Positions 34,441 to 45,298 of a DNA stretch of 64,000 nt are shown piece after piece. Every line of letters starts with the position of its first letter. The stretch's first letter is position 1. Origin of the DNA: Peptococcaceae bacterium (lineage in GTDB: Bacteria; Bacillota; Peptococcia; Peptococcales; Peptococcaceae); contig JAHZHI010000055.1 of NCBI GenBank assembly GCA_019420345.1, positions 17,871 through 81,870 on the forward strand, given 5' to 3'. The notes beneath the pieces are model-generated. The model had not been told where the DNA came from, did no database searches, and saw only the letters and a list, made by a program, of their open reading frames with translations. The translations under genes and the position numbers were made by a program.

Positions 34441-36108
34441 ATGACAATCGAAATGATCGTAAACGAAATGACAGGCTTCTGGATGTTCATCTGCCTGATG
34501 TTGGTCTTCTTCATGCAGTGTGGATTTGCCATGGTTGAAACCGGGCTCACACGTGCTAAAAACGCCGGCAATATCATCATGAAAAACCTCATGGACTTTT
34601 GCATCGGCACCATTGCATTCATCATTCTTGGCTACGGCCTCCTCTGTGGCGACACAGTGAGCGGCTTCTTTGGAAAATACGTTTTTGTATTTTCTGATTT
34701 TCAGGCTTTTGACTGGTCCTCATTCTTCTTTAATCTCGTGTTCTGCGCCACTGCTGCTACCATCGTTTCTGGTGCAATGGCAGAACGCACCAAATTCTCC
34801 GCTTACTGCATTTACAGCTTCATCATCAGTTTCGTGATCTATCCTGTAGAAGCGCATTGGATTTGGAACAGCGGCGGCTGGCTCTACAATCTCGGTTTCG
34901 TTGATTTCGCCGGCTCCACAGCCGTTCATATGTGCGGCGGGGTTGCAGCCCTTGTTGGTGCCAAAATCCTCGGGCCTCGTATTGGCAAATACACCACCCA
35001 TCCAGACGGCAGTGTTAAAATCAACGCCATCCCAGGTCACTCCATGACGCTCGCAGCCCTTGGTGTGTTCATTCTCTGGTTCGCGTGGTATGGCTTTAAC
35101 GGCGCTGCCGCAACCAATACCACTCATGCCGCACAGATCCTCGTTACAACCACCATTTCCGCAGCGCTTGCCAGCACCGCAACCATGATCTTCACCTGGG
35201 CAAAAAATGGCGCCCCTGATGTTTCCATGACCCTCAACGGTGCACTGGCTGGCTTGGTCGGCATCACCGCCGGCTGCGCCAATGTGGATGCATTCGGCGC
35301 CACCGTCATCGGTATTGTTTCCGGTATTCTCGTTGTTGTTGTCGTCGAATTCGTCGATCAGAAGCTCAAAATCGACGACCCTGTCGGCGCCATCGCTGTT
35401 CACGGCAGCTGCGGTGCTGTCGGCACCATCCTCGTTGGTTTCTTCGACTACACCAACGGTCTCTTCTACGGCGGCGGCGTTCATCTGCTCCTCGTGCAGC
35501 TTCTCGGCGTTTGCAGCGTCATCGTATGGGTGGCAGTAACCATGACCATCGTCTTCAAAGTCATCAAGGCTACCATCGGCCTGCGTGTTACCCGCGACGA
35601 AGAAGTTGAAGGTCTCGATATCAGCGAACATCATCTCGCAAGCAGCTATGCGGACTTCATGTACACCAGCTATCCAATCGCGCCAACAACAACCATCGCA
35701 CCTGTGGAACAGGCCGTACCTGTTGAATTAAAAGAATCGTCCCAGGCTGACGCCACCTTCACCAAAATTCAAATCATTACCAACGAAAGCCGCTTTGATA
35801 CCTTAAAAACCGAGCTCGGCAAGATCGGCATCACTGGCATGACCCTCACCCACGTTCTCGGCTGCGGCACACAGAAAGGCAAAGACCGCTACTATCGTGG
35901 CGTTGCCATCGGCTTCGAACTGATTCCTAAGATTCAGCTGGACATCGTTGTCTCGAAAGTGCCTGTTGAAGATGTAGTCAACGCCGCTCGCAAAGCCCTC
36001 TACACCGGCAACATCGGCGACGGTAAAATCTTCATCTACAATGTCTCCAATATCGTTCGCATTCGCACCGGTGAAACCGGATACGACGCACTCCAGATCA
36101 ACGATTAA
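34441..36108 (+). CDS. amtB: ammonium transporter fused to a C-terminal P-II (GlnK/GlnB) domain
   Basis: Amt core (FMQCGFAMVETG, DFAGSTAVHMCGG, VHGSCGAVGT). A linker of roughly 40 aa joins it to a P-II domain: KIQIITNESRFDTLKTEL..GITGMTLTHVLGCGTQKG..YYRG...GDGKIFIYNVSNIVRIRTGE. Confidence 0.85.
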   Translation: MTIEMIVNEMTGFWMFICLMLVFFMQCGFAMVETGLTRAKNAGNIIMKNLMDFCIGTIAFIILGYGLLCGDTVSGFFGKYVFVFSDFQAFDWSSFFFNLVFCATAATIVSGAMAERTKFSAYCIYSFIISFVIYPVEAHWIWNSGGWLYNLGFVDFAGSTAVHMCGGVAALVGAKILGPRIGKYTTHPDGSVKINAIPGHSMTLAALGVFILWFAWYGFNGAAATNTTHAAQILVTTTISAALASTATMIFTWAKNGAPDVSMTLNGALAGLVGITAGCANVDAFGATVIGIVSGILVVVVVEFVDQKLKIDDPVGAIAVHGSCGAVGTILVGFFDYTNGLFYGGGVHLLLVQLLGVCSVIVWVAVTMTIVFKVIKATIGLRVTRDEEVEGLDISEHHLASSYADFMYTSYPIAPTTTIAPVEQAVPVELKESSQADATFTKIQIITNESRFDTLKTELGKIGITGMTLTHVLGCGTQKGKDRYYRGVAIGFELIPKIQLDIVVSKVPVEDVVNAARKALYTGNIGDGKIFIYNVSNIVRIRTGETGYDALQIND

Positions 36109-36120
36109 ACAGGCATACAT

Positions 36121-36161
36121 AAAAAGCGCGCCTTCTTTCAAGCAAAAAGGAGGCGCGCTTT
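36121..36161. terminator. hairpin between convergent genes (bidirectional terminator candidate)
   Basis: 11-bp stem aaagcgcgcct / aggcgcgcttt with A/T-rich flanks. Confidence 0.5.
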
Positions 36162-36167
36162 GCATGA

Positions 36168-36938
36168 TTACGCACGATATTTTTTCCAACGGTGATGGAT
36201 TTCGTAGATCAGATAAACAAACAAGCTGATGACATTGCCGATGAGCAGCGTAATGGCTGCTGTTTTGATATTGCCACTGTTGAGTGCGTGACCGCCAAGA
36301 TTGGCCATGATGATCGGTGGGAAGCGGGCAATGACAGTGATGCGAATCCAGGTGAGCAGCGACAGCGGCGTAAGGCCGACAGCGTAAGCCAGGAAGTCTT
36401 TCGGCGTACCGGGAATAAGGAAGGCGATGAAAACGATGCGTTCAATGTTTTCTTCGTTGTAAGCGCTCAGGTCCATTTTCGACCGTGTGCGCTCCGAGAA
36501 AAAGAATTCGATGAGCTTATAGCCAAAGATGCGTGTCAACAAGAAGGTGGTGATGGACGCCAGAAGCGTGCCCAACATACTGAGCAAAGAACCAACAACT
36601 GGTCCAAAAGCCAGGCCAGCGGCAATTTGAAAGGGTTCCCCAGGCAGAATGGCAACGACCACTTGAAGATAAACAATCACAAAAAGCACCAAGTAGCTCC
36701 ATTTGCCAAAGGAGAGAATCCAATCGCGTGCCGCGTTCGGCTCGGTGATGGTTTGGTAGAAGGGCACGCCAATCTTAATAATGAGCAGCGCCACAATGAG
36801 AATCATGACAGCTAAAACGCCGAGCAAAAAGAGAATGTACGGCATGTATTTTTCCAGCTTGCGTCGACGCAATGCTTTATTGACTGCACGTTTTCTGCTG
36901 AACGGCAGGCGTTTTTTGAGCTTGGTGAGCCAGAGCAC
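36168..36938 (-). CDS. TVP38/TMEM64 (DedA-related) family membrane protein
   Basis: VVAILPGEPFQIAAGLAFGP..G...S..G is typical of the family. 256 aa. The start is uncertain. Confidence 0.65.
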   Translation of the reverse strand: MLWLTKLKKRLPFSRKRAVNKALRRRKLEKYMPYILFLLGVLAVMILIVALLIIKIGVPFYQTITEPNAARDWILSFGKWSYLVLFVIVYLQVVVAILPGEPFQIAAGLAFGPVVGSLLSMLGTLLASITTFLLTRIFGYKLIEFFFSERTRSKMDLSAYNEENIERIVFIAFLIPGTPKDFLAYAVGLTPLSLLTWIRITVIARFPPIIMANLGGHALNSGNIKTAAITLLIGNVISLFVYLIYEIHHRWKKYRA

Positions 36939-37031
36939 AGTGCATCCTCCTTTCTGAATGATCCATCCGGTTACACATAGGCGAAAGGGGACCGTCCCTA
37001 TTGTGAACGGTCCCCCTTTATTGTTCCATTG

Positions 37032-37559
37032 TTATTCGTCAGTCGTCTCCGTTGATGCAGCTTTATCTGGATAGAGACGATCGCACAGCGCAGTGAAAGA
37101 CGCCTCATCCTGGCCAGCAGCTTTCACATCAGTCCCCAGGGTCTCGTTGATGTAATCGACGCCGACAGAACCTTCCACAAGGCCGGAATCCCCAGGATAG
37201 CTCCAGCTGACTTGTTCGCAGTCATCGATCAGCGCCAGCAAAAGCGTCGCAATGTTGACCATGTTCTGATCCATTGTTGTCAAATCGGTATCACCATGGA
37301 GATACATGAAGCGAATCTGCAAGGTATATGGATGTTCGTCATCCTGTACAGACAGGGTGTATTTCCCATAAGTATTGACGCCAACCAGCCGTGCCAGATC
37401 ATTGTTCGCACTGGTGTTTTCTATGTACGGATTCTTCGCAGCATACAAACTGCTGGCAAAAGTGGTTTGTTCTTCCGATTTTTTGTCGTTGCCGCAGCCG
37501 GTCACACAAAACATCGCCACCATTACCAGAACAGCGAGCGTCAATAGCTTCTTTATCAT
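37032..37559 (-). CDS. lipoprotein (DUF4825-like)
   Basis: Lipobox LAVLVMVAMFCVTGC|GN after MIKKLL. GAGGTGG RBS. The LYAAKNPYIENTSANNDLARLV segment resembles DUF4825. Confidence 0.55.
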   Translation of the reverse strand: MIKKLLTLAVLVMVAMFCVTGCGNDKKSEEQTTFASSLYAAKNPYIENTSANNDLARLVGVNTYGKYTLSVQDDEHPYTLQIRFMYLHGDTDLTTMDQNMVNIATLLLALIDDCEQVSWSYPGDSGLVEGSVGVDYINETLGTDVKAAGQDEASFTALCDRLYPDKAASTETTDE

Positions 37560-37691
37560 GGGTACCACCTCTTTTAGATATAATAATAACAAAAGTCCAT
37601 CAAAAAACCCTTGTGCTTCTATTATAAAGCACAGGGGTTTGATAAACAACAAAATGTTAACATTATCTGAAAAATTGACCTATTTTGTCGA

Positions 37692-37898
37692 CTATTTGTT
37701 GAGTACCAGGTACAGCACGATGACAACCACCGGCAGCAGCATGAGATAGGTCAGCGGCATTGTCTTTTTATAGCGCGCCATGCGTTCCTCCTGCGGCAGG
37801 TTTTTGTTGGCCAGCTGCATCATGCCATAGCCTTTAACAAGCAGGCTCGCTACCAAAAGCACCGCTGCCAGAATCAACAATATTGTATTCAATTCCAT
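37692..37898 (-). CDS. small membrane protein (2 TM), hypothetical
   Basis: MELNTILLILAAVLLVASLLV... is 68 aa and starts 3 nt after the upstream stop. Confidence 0.45.
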   Translation of the reverse strand: MELNTILLILAAVLLVASLLVKGYGMMQLANKNLPQEERMARYKKTMPLTYLMLLPVVVIVLYLVLNK

Positions 37899-37900
37899 GT

Positions 37901-38458
37901 CTACACCCCTCCACGGATTTCCAAAAACTGGCGAATCAGTGTCACGCACATCACCGCCCACTGTACGCCAAAAAAGAGATGCCATAGGCCGAACCGCTGC
38001 CATTTACTGTCAGCAAGCGCATCATTCAAATGGTCAATGAGCATTTGTTCGTTTTCCGGCGCCAGCGGCGTCAGACCAAGCCAACCGTCATAGCGGCAGA
38101 TGACCGTCGCCGGCGGCAATTGTGCTTCCTGCAGGCTCTCCCGAATGGCCTGTGCCAGCATGTCATAGGTCTCGGGGTCCTGACGAAAACCGCCGCCGCG
38201 AAAAACAAACCAGCGGCGGCGTCCAAACGCCTGCTGGATCAGCAGACAGCCTACGAAGACAAAGCAGATGAGCGCCGTCCAGCGAGCGCCAGCGGTCCAT
38301 CCGCCTTGCCACAGCCATTCAAACACCACGATCTCTGCTGCCAGAAAGGTCATTGGCAGCGCCAGCGGCACCACCACAGGTTTTCGGCGCAGAAGCGGCA
38401 GCACCAGCCCGGTCAAAAGAAGCACCAGTGCCAGCGTCCACAACCCTTCGGCATTCAT
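37901..38458 (-). CDS. membrane protein, hypothetical
   Basis: 185 aa with 3 N-terminal TM helices and 1 C-terminal TM helix. It starts 4 nt downstream of the obg stop. Confidence 0.5.
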   Translation of the reverse strand: MNAEGLWTLALVLLLTGLVLPLLRRKPVVVPLALPMTFLAAEIVVFEWLWQGGWTAGARWTALICFVFVGCLLIQQAFGRRRWFVFRGGGFRQDPETYDMLAQAIRESLQEAQLPPATVICRYDGWLGLTPLAPENEQMLIDHLNDALADSKWQRFGLWHLFFGVQWAVMCVTLIRQFLEIRGGV

Positions 38459-38461
38459 GAC

Positions 38462-41567
<3,106 letters not shown>

Positions 41568-41592
41568 GATTGTTCTCTTTCTTATAAATAAC

Positions 41593-41619
41593 AAAAAGGG
41601 ATGACCGAGCGGTCATCCC
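41593..41619 (-). terminator. rho-independent terminator after rpmA
   Basis: gggatgacc-gagc-ggtcatccc with TTTTT on the minus strand. Confidence 0.75.
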
Positions 41620-41630
41620 CCATTTTCTTC

Positions 41631-41909
41631 TTATTCAGCAGCATAAACGCTGACCAGGGTCTTATTGTTGCCCTTTTCGTAACGAACGACGCCGTCGATC
41701 TTTGCGAACAGGGTATCATCGCCGCCCTTGCCAACATTAGCGCCCGGATGGATCTTGGTCCCTCTCTGGCGATAAAGAATGTTGCCGGCCTTTACGGTCT
41801 GACCATCACTCTTCTTCGCACCGAGACGCTTGGAGTGGGAATCACGACCGTTCTTGGTACTACCTACCCCTTTTTTAGATGCGAATAATTGCAAATCGAG
41901 TTTGAACAT
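41631..41909 (-). CDS. rpmA: 50S ribosomal protein L27 (with N-terminal propeptide)
   Basis: [10 protein letters not shown]|[14 protein letters not shown]... The cleavable Firmicute extension is consistent with the adjacent Prp gene. Confidence 0.95.
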   Translation of the reverse strand: MFKLDLQLFASKKGVGSTKNGRDSHSKRLGAKKSDGQTVKAGNILYRQRGTKIHPGANVGKGGDDTLFAKIDGVVRYEKGNNKTLVSVYAAE

Positions 41910-41922
41910 CTTGTCCACCTCC

Positions 41923-42252
41923 TCAAACATGAACACTGTTTGCTTTGATGAAGTTCGGATATGTCTCAGCCAGCGCGCTGGCTCCGACTTCTAACGTTTT
42001 CAGCACCGCTTCCGCGATGAGCGCTTCGCGATCATCCGCGATCGGTGATAACATCAATTTCACATAGCCTTCGTCTTGTTCGGCTTCGTAGTGCACCCCT
42101 TGCACAGCCAGACTGTTCTCAGTCACAATGGCCAGGGTGGAAGCCGCCGCACAGACCAAATCCTCACCATACGGAGCGGATTCTGCATGCCCGGAAAATT
42201 CATAACCTGCCAGGCGCTCGTCTGTGTCATAGTAAAGCGTCACTCGGATCAT
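41923..42252 (-). CDS. prp: ribosomal-processing cysteine protease Prp
   Basis: 109 aa between rplU and rpmA. Contains the GHA....DLVCAAAS catalytic His/Cys pattern. Confidence 0.85.
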   Translation of the reverse strand: MIRVTLYYDTDERLAGYEFSGHAESAPYGEDLVCAAASTLAIVTENSLAVQGVHYEAEQDEGYVKLMLSPIADDREALIAEAVLKTLEVGASALAETYPNFIKANSVHV

Positions 42253-42563
42253 TAGCCAACGATCGATTCAACAGTCACGCGGGTGTAAGGCTGACGATGA
42301 CCTTTTTTGCGGCGATAGTTCTTTTTAGGTTTGTATTTGAAAACAACGATCTTAGGTGCTTTGCCGTTTTCAACAACCTTGAGGTTAACCTTAGCGCCTT
42401 CAACGTAAGGCTTGCCGGTAACGATTTCGCCGTCCTTGTTGAGCAACAATACGGAGTCGATTGCTACAGTTTCACCAGCTTCAGCGTGGAGCAGTTCCAC
42501 ATCGAGAGTCTGGCCTTCTTCAACTTTGTATTGTTTGCCACCAGTTGCAATAATAGCGTACAT
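42252..42563 (-). CDS. rplU: 50S ribosomal protein L21
   Basis: [18 protein letters not shown]...KKGHRQPYT. Confidence 0.95.
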   Translation of the reverse strand: MYAIIATGGKQYKVEEGQTLDVELLHAEAGETVAIDSVLLLNKDGEIVTGKPYVEGAKVNLKVVENGKAPKIVVFKYKPKKNYRRKKGHRQPYTRVTVESIVG

Positions 42564-42668
42564 TTTTTCACTCCTCCCTGAGAATACTCGCTGCGGCTAG
42601 GTAGCAGCAGGGCTGCGTTTTCCAACCCGACGCAGGCGGTTTCGATCTGGGAAAACACCCATATCCGA
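42564..42668 (-). promoter_or_regulatory. structured 5' leader of rplU (L21-leader-like)
   Basis: A leader of about 105 nt with hairpins (ctgcgt..acgcag, gctgc..gcagc) lies between a consensus promoter and the RBS. Firmicutes are known to carry an L21 autoregulatory leader at this position. Its fold was not verified. Confidence 0.45.
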
Positions 42669-42674
42669 ATATCA

Positions 42675-42703
42675 ATTATACAGAATTGGCAGAGCGCCGT
42701 CAA
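42675..42703 (-). promoter_or_regulatory. sigma-A promoter of rplU-prp-rpmA
   Basis: On the minus strand: TTGACG (42698-42703), a 17-nt spacer, TATAAT (42675-42680). Confidence 0.7.
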
Positions 42704-42758
42704 GAAAAATGTGTGCTTTGCTGGTCATTTTTGAGAAATAATGAGCGCCGCCGTTCAT

Positions 42759-42792
42759 AAAAAAATCGGAAGACGGCAAGCGTCTTCCGATT
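42759..42792 (-). terminator. rho-independent terminator of the TIR gene
   Basis: Perfect 12-bp stem aatcggaagacg / cgtcttccgatt, with a 7-T tract on the minus strand. Confidence 0.85.
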
Positions 42793-42808
42793 GAATGATG
42801 GCTGCGGC

Positions 42809-43420
42809 TTAAAGCATCTTCGATACGTAGGCCACACGGTCGCCAGCCTCTTCGGTGAACGGTACCTGGCCAGCTTCCTGATCCTTAAGTACATCGAGGA
42901 TGACTTCGCAGAGGTTGTATTTGGTGTTGACATGGTCGACACGGTTGTTGTATTTGTCGCGGTATTTTTTCATACGTTCCGCTTCGGCTTCGCTGAGGTA
43001 TTCATCCTTGAACTGCCCATAAAGTTTGCCGTTGACATATTTTTCAATGTCGAGATTGTCCACCTCATCAAGATCAACGACGACCACTGGCAAAGCAGCG
43101 CGTTCATCGGTGACAGCATGACTCTTGGTGTATGCCACTTCCTTGGCACACTGCGCGGAACTCATGGATTCTTCACTGAGATAGAACAGCACACCTTTGC
43201 AGTTAAGGTTGGCAATGGCGCCGAAGATGGTGCTGTTGTAGCCATCCCCGGTCATATTGGATTCAACGTCGATCCAGAGATTTTTGCCAGCTTCCTGCAG
43301 CGCGATGACATCGGCATACACATTGGCGCCGTCACGGGTGGAATAGCTGACGTAAATATATGGCTGGCTGCAATCGCAGGCCTTGATTTTTGCTGCTAAT
43401 TCTTTAATGGTTTCTGTCAC
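42809..43420 (-). CDS. TIR-domain protein (stand-alone), with an uncharacterised C-terminal extension of about 90 aa
   Basis: GTG start with a GAGAGGAAG RBS. The sequence PYIYVSYSTRDGANVYADVIALQEAGKNLWID...CKGVLFYLSEESMSSAQCAKEV follows the TIR pattern: beta-A [FIV]SY, W-x-D, and beta-C plus S..S..C..E with a candidate catalytic Glu. Confidence 0.65.
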   Translation of the reverse strand: MTETIKELAAKIKACDCSQPYIYVSYSTRDGANVYADVIALQEAGKNLWIDVESNMTGDGYNSTIFGAIANLNCKGVLFYLSEESMSSAQCAKEVAYTKSHAVTDERAALPVVVVDLDEVDNLDIEKYVNGKLYGQFKDEYLSEAEAERMKKYRDKYNNRVDHVNTKYNLCEVILDVLKDQEAGQVPFTEEAGDRVAYVSKML

Positions 43421-43466
43421 GTTATCAACTTCCTCTCGATTCTAAACAACAACAGTTAATGGAAAA

Positions 43467-43500
43467 ATTATAACACAACCGGTCGGTGAATGAAAGACAG
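43467..43500 (-). promoter_or_regulatory. candidate extended -10 promoter for the TIR gene
   Basis: The minus strand reads TGTTATAAT (TATAAT at 43467-43472) with a weak -35 tttcat 17 nt upstream. Confidence 0.4.
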
Positions 43501-43539
43501 ACCGCGTTTTTTGTCCACGCTCCACCAACGCAGCGCGTC

Positions 43540-43578
43540 AAAAAAAGCGGCACAAAACATGCACGGTTTTGCGCCGCT
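43540..43578 (-). terminator. rho-independent terminator after proC
   Basis: Stem agcggcacaaaac / gttttgcgccgct (12 of 13 bp) with a T-tract on the minus strand. Confidence 0.7.
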
Positions 43579-43592
43579 CTCAAGTAACGCGA

Positions 43593-44423
43593 TTATGCCA
43601 GATCGGCAGCTGCCTGCGCCTCCATAGCCAGGAATTTTTCCGAGGATGCGTCCATGGCATCGATGAGCGCCGCCTTCATGCCCTGCTTTTCCAACACAGC
43701 CACACCAGCAATGGTGGTGCCGCCAGCCGAGCAAACAGCGTCGCGCAGCACTGCAGGATGTTCGCCGCTTTCCAGCACCAGCGCCGCTGCTCCCAGCACC
43801 GACTGCGCTGCGAACGTGTAAGCATCCTTGGCCGGGATGCCAAGCTTGATGGCACCTTCTGCCATGGCTTCGATGACCATGTACACGAAGGCTGGCGACG
43901 AACCGCTGACAGACCCCACCGCATGCATCACATCTTCACGCACAATGGCCACCTTGCCAAAGCTTTCAAAGAAACGTGTCACAGCAGCACGTTCTTCCTC
44001 CAGCATGTTCTCAGAGAAGCAAAGCCCTGCCATGCCCTGACCGATTTGCGCCGGGGTGTTCGGCATGGCACGTGCAATGCGCACGCCAGGATTGTCCACC
44101 AATGCAGCAATGGAAGCGATGCTGTAAGCTGGCGCAATGGCCACCACGATCTGGCCTGGTACGAGCACTTCACGAATATCCAAGAGCACCTGCTTATAAA
44201 TGTTCGGCTTCACCGCTAAAACGATAACCTCCGATTCTTTCGCCAACGCACGGTTTGTTTCTGCCGCCGCCACACCATATTCCTCAGCCATTGCCTGCTG
44301 ATGAGCCGGCGTGTTGGTATGCACTGCCACACGCTCCGGCATAGTCAGCCCAGCTTTCAGTGCACCAGCAAGCATGGCACGGCCCATATTGCCGCAGCCG
44401 ATAAATCCAAAACTGTATTTCAT
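43593..44423 (-). CDS. proC: pyrroline-5-carboxylate reductase
   Basis: FGFIGCGNMGRAM Rossmann fold and the C-terminal PGGTT-like motif SAGGTTIAGV. Confidence 0.9.
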   Translation of the reverse strand: MKYSFGFIGCGNMGRAMLAGALKAGLTMPERVAVHTNTPAHQQAMAEEYGVAAAETNRALAKESEVIVLAVKPNIYKQVLLDIREVLVPGQIVVAIAPAYSIASIAALVDNPGVRIARAMPNTPAQIGQGMAGLCFSENMLEEERAAVTRFFESFGKVAIVREDVMHAVGSVSGSSPAFVYMVIEAMAEGAIKLGIPAKDAYTFAAQSVLGAAALVLESGEHPAVLRDAVCSAGGTTIAGVAVLEKQGMKAALIDAMDASSEKFLAMEAQAAADLA

Positions 44424-44440
44424 TTGATCGTCTTCCTTTC

Positions 44441-45229
44441 TCACTGACGGCCCAGCGGAATCTGCCTCCGCACCGCCTGAACCATGTCAAAATCAATTGT
44501 CACCACGCGTGTCTCTGGCTCTATGCCGAGATCACAGACCACTTCAGCCCATGGGTTGACCACCATGGTGTGCCCCCAGGACACGTAGCTGGCATTCTCA
44601 TCACGCGCCGGCGCCACGCCAACAGCATAACACTGCCCATCCATAGCCCGAGCACGGAACAGCAATTCCCAATGGCGCGGACCCGTGGACATATTGAACG
44701 ACGCTGGATAAATGAGCAGCTGTGTGCCAGCATCCACCATCGCCGCTGCCATATCAGCAAAACGAATGTCAAAGCAAATCGCCAAGCCCACGCGTCCCCA
44801 CGGTGTGTCAAAAACAGTGAGAGACGTGCCCGGCGACAGAACGTCGCTTTCCTTAAAATACTGTCCGCCTTCAATATCGATGTCGAAAAGATGCATCTTA
44901 CGGTGTTTGGCCACACAAACGCCCTGCGGATTATACACATAACTGGTGTTGTAATAATGGCCATTTTCTTCTTCACAAATCGATCCGCCCACCAGCCAGC
45001 AGCCATTTTCCTTGGCAGCGGCCGCCAGCATCTGCTGGGCCTCGCCGCCTTCGGCTTCGGCGTAGTCGGCAAAACGTGATGTTTCATACGGCACGCAGAA
45101 CATTTCCGGCAGAATCACCAGTTCCGCGCCCTTGCGAACGACACGGTCAATCTCTCGGCGCGCCGCTTGGAGATTGGCTGTCTTATCGTCTCCAGCAGCC
45201 AGCTGGATCAATCCCAATCGACATTCCAT
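44441..45229 (-). CDS. carbon-nitrogen hydrolase (nitrilase/omega-amidase) family protein
   Basis: Catalytic E-K-C triad contexts: ILPEMF, HRKMHLFD, GLAICFDIRF. Confidence 0.85.
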   Translation of the reverse strand: MECRLGLIQLAAGDDKTANLQAARREIDRVVRKGAELVILPEMFCVPYETSRFADYAEAEGGEAQQMLAAAAKENGCWLVGGSICEEENGHYYNTSYVYNPQGVCVAKHRKMHLFDIDIEGGQYFKESDVLSPGTSLTVFDTPWGRVGLAICFDIRFADMAAAMVDAGTQLLIYPASFNMSTGPRHWELLFRARAMDGQCYAVGVAPARDENASYVSWGHTMVVNPWAEVVCDLGIEPETRVVTIDFDMVQAVRRQIPLGRQ

Positions 45230-45298
45230 CTTCACAGCCTCCTTATTGCAGATAATCAAAAACCTCGCTCATTCCACAGGAACAAACGAGGTTACACA

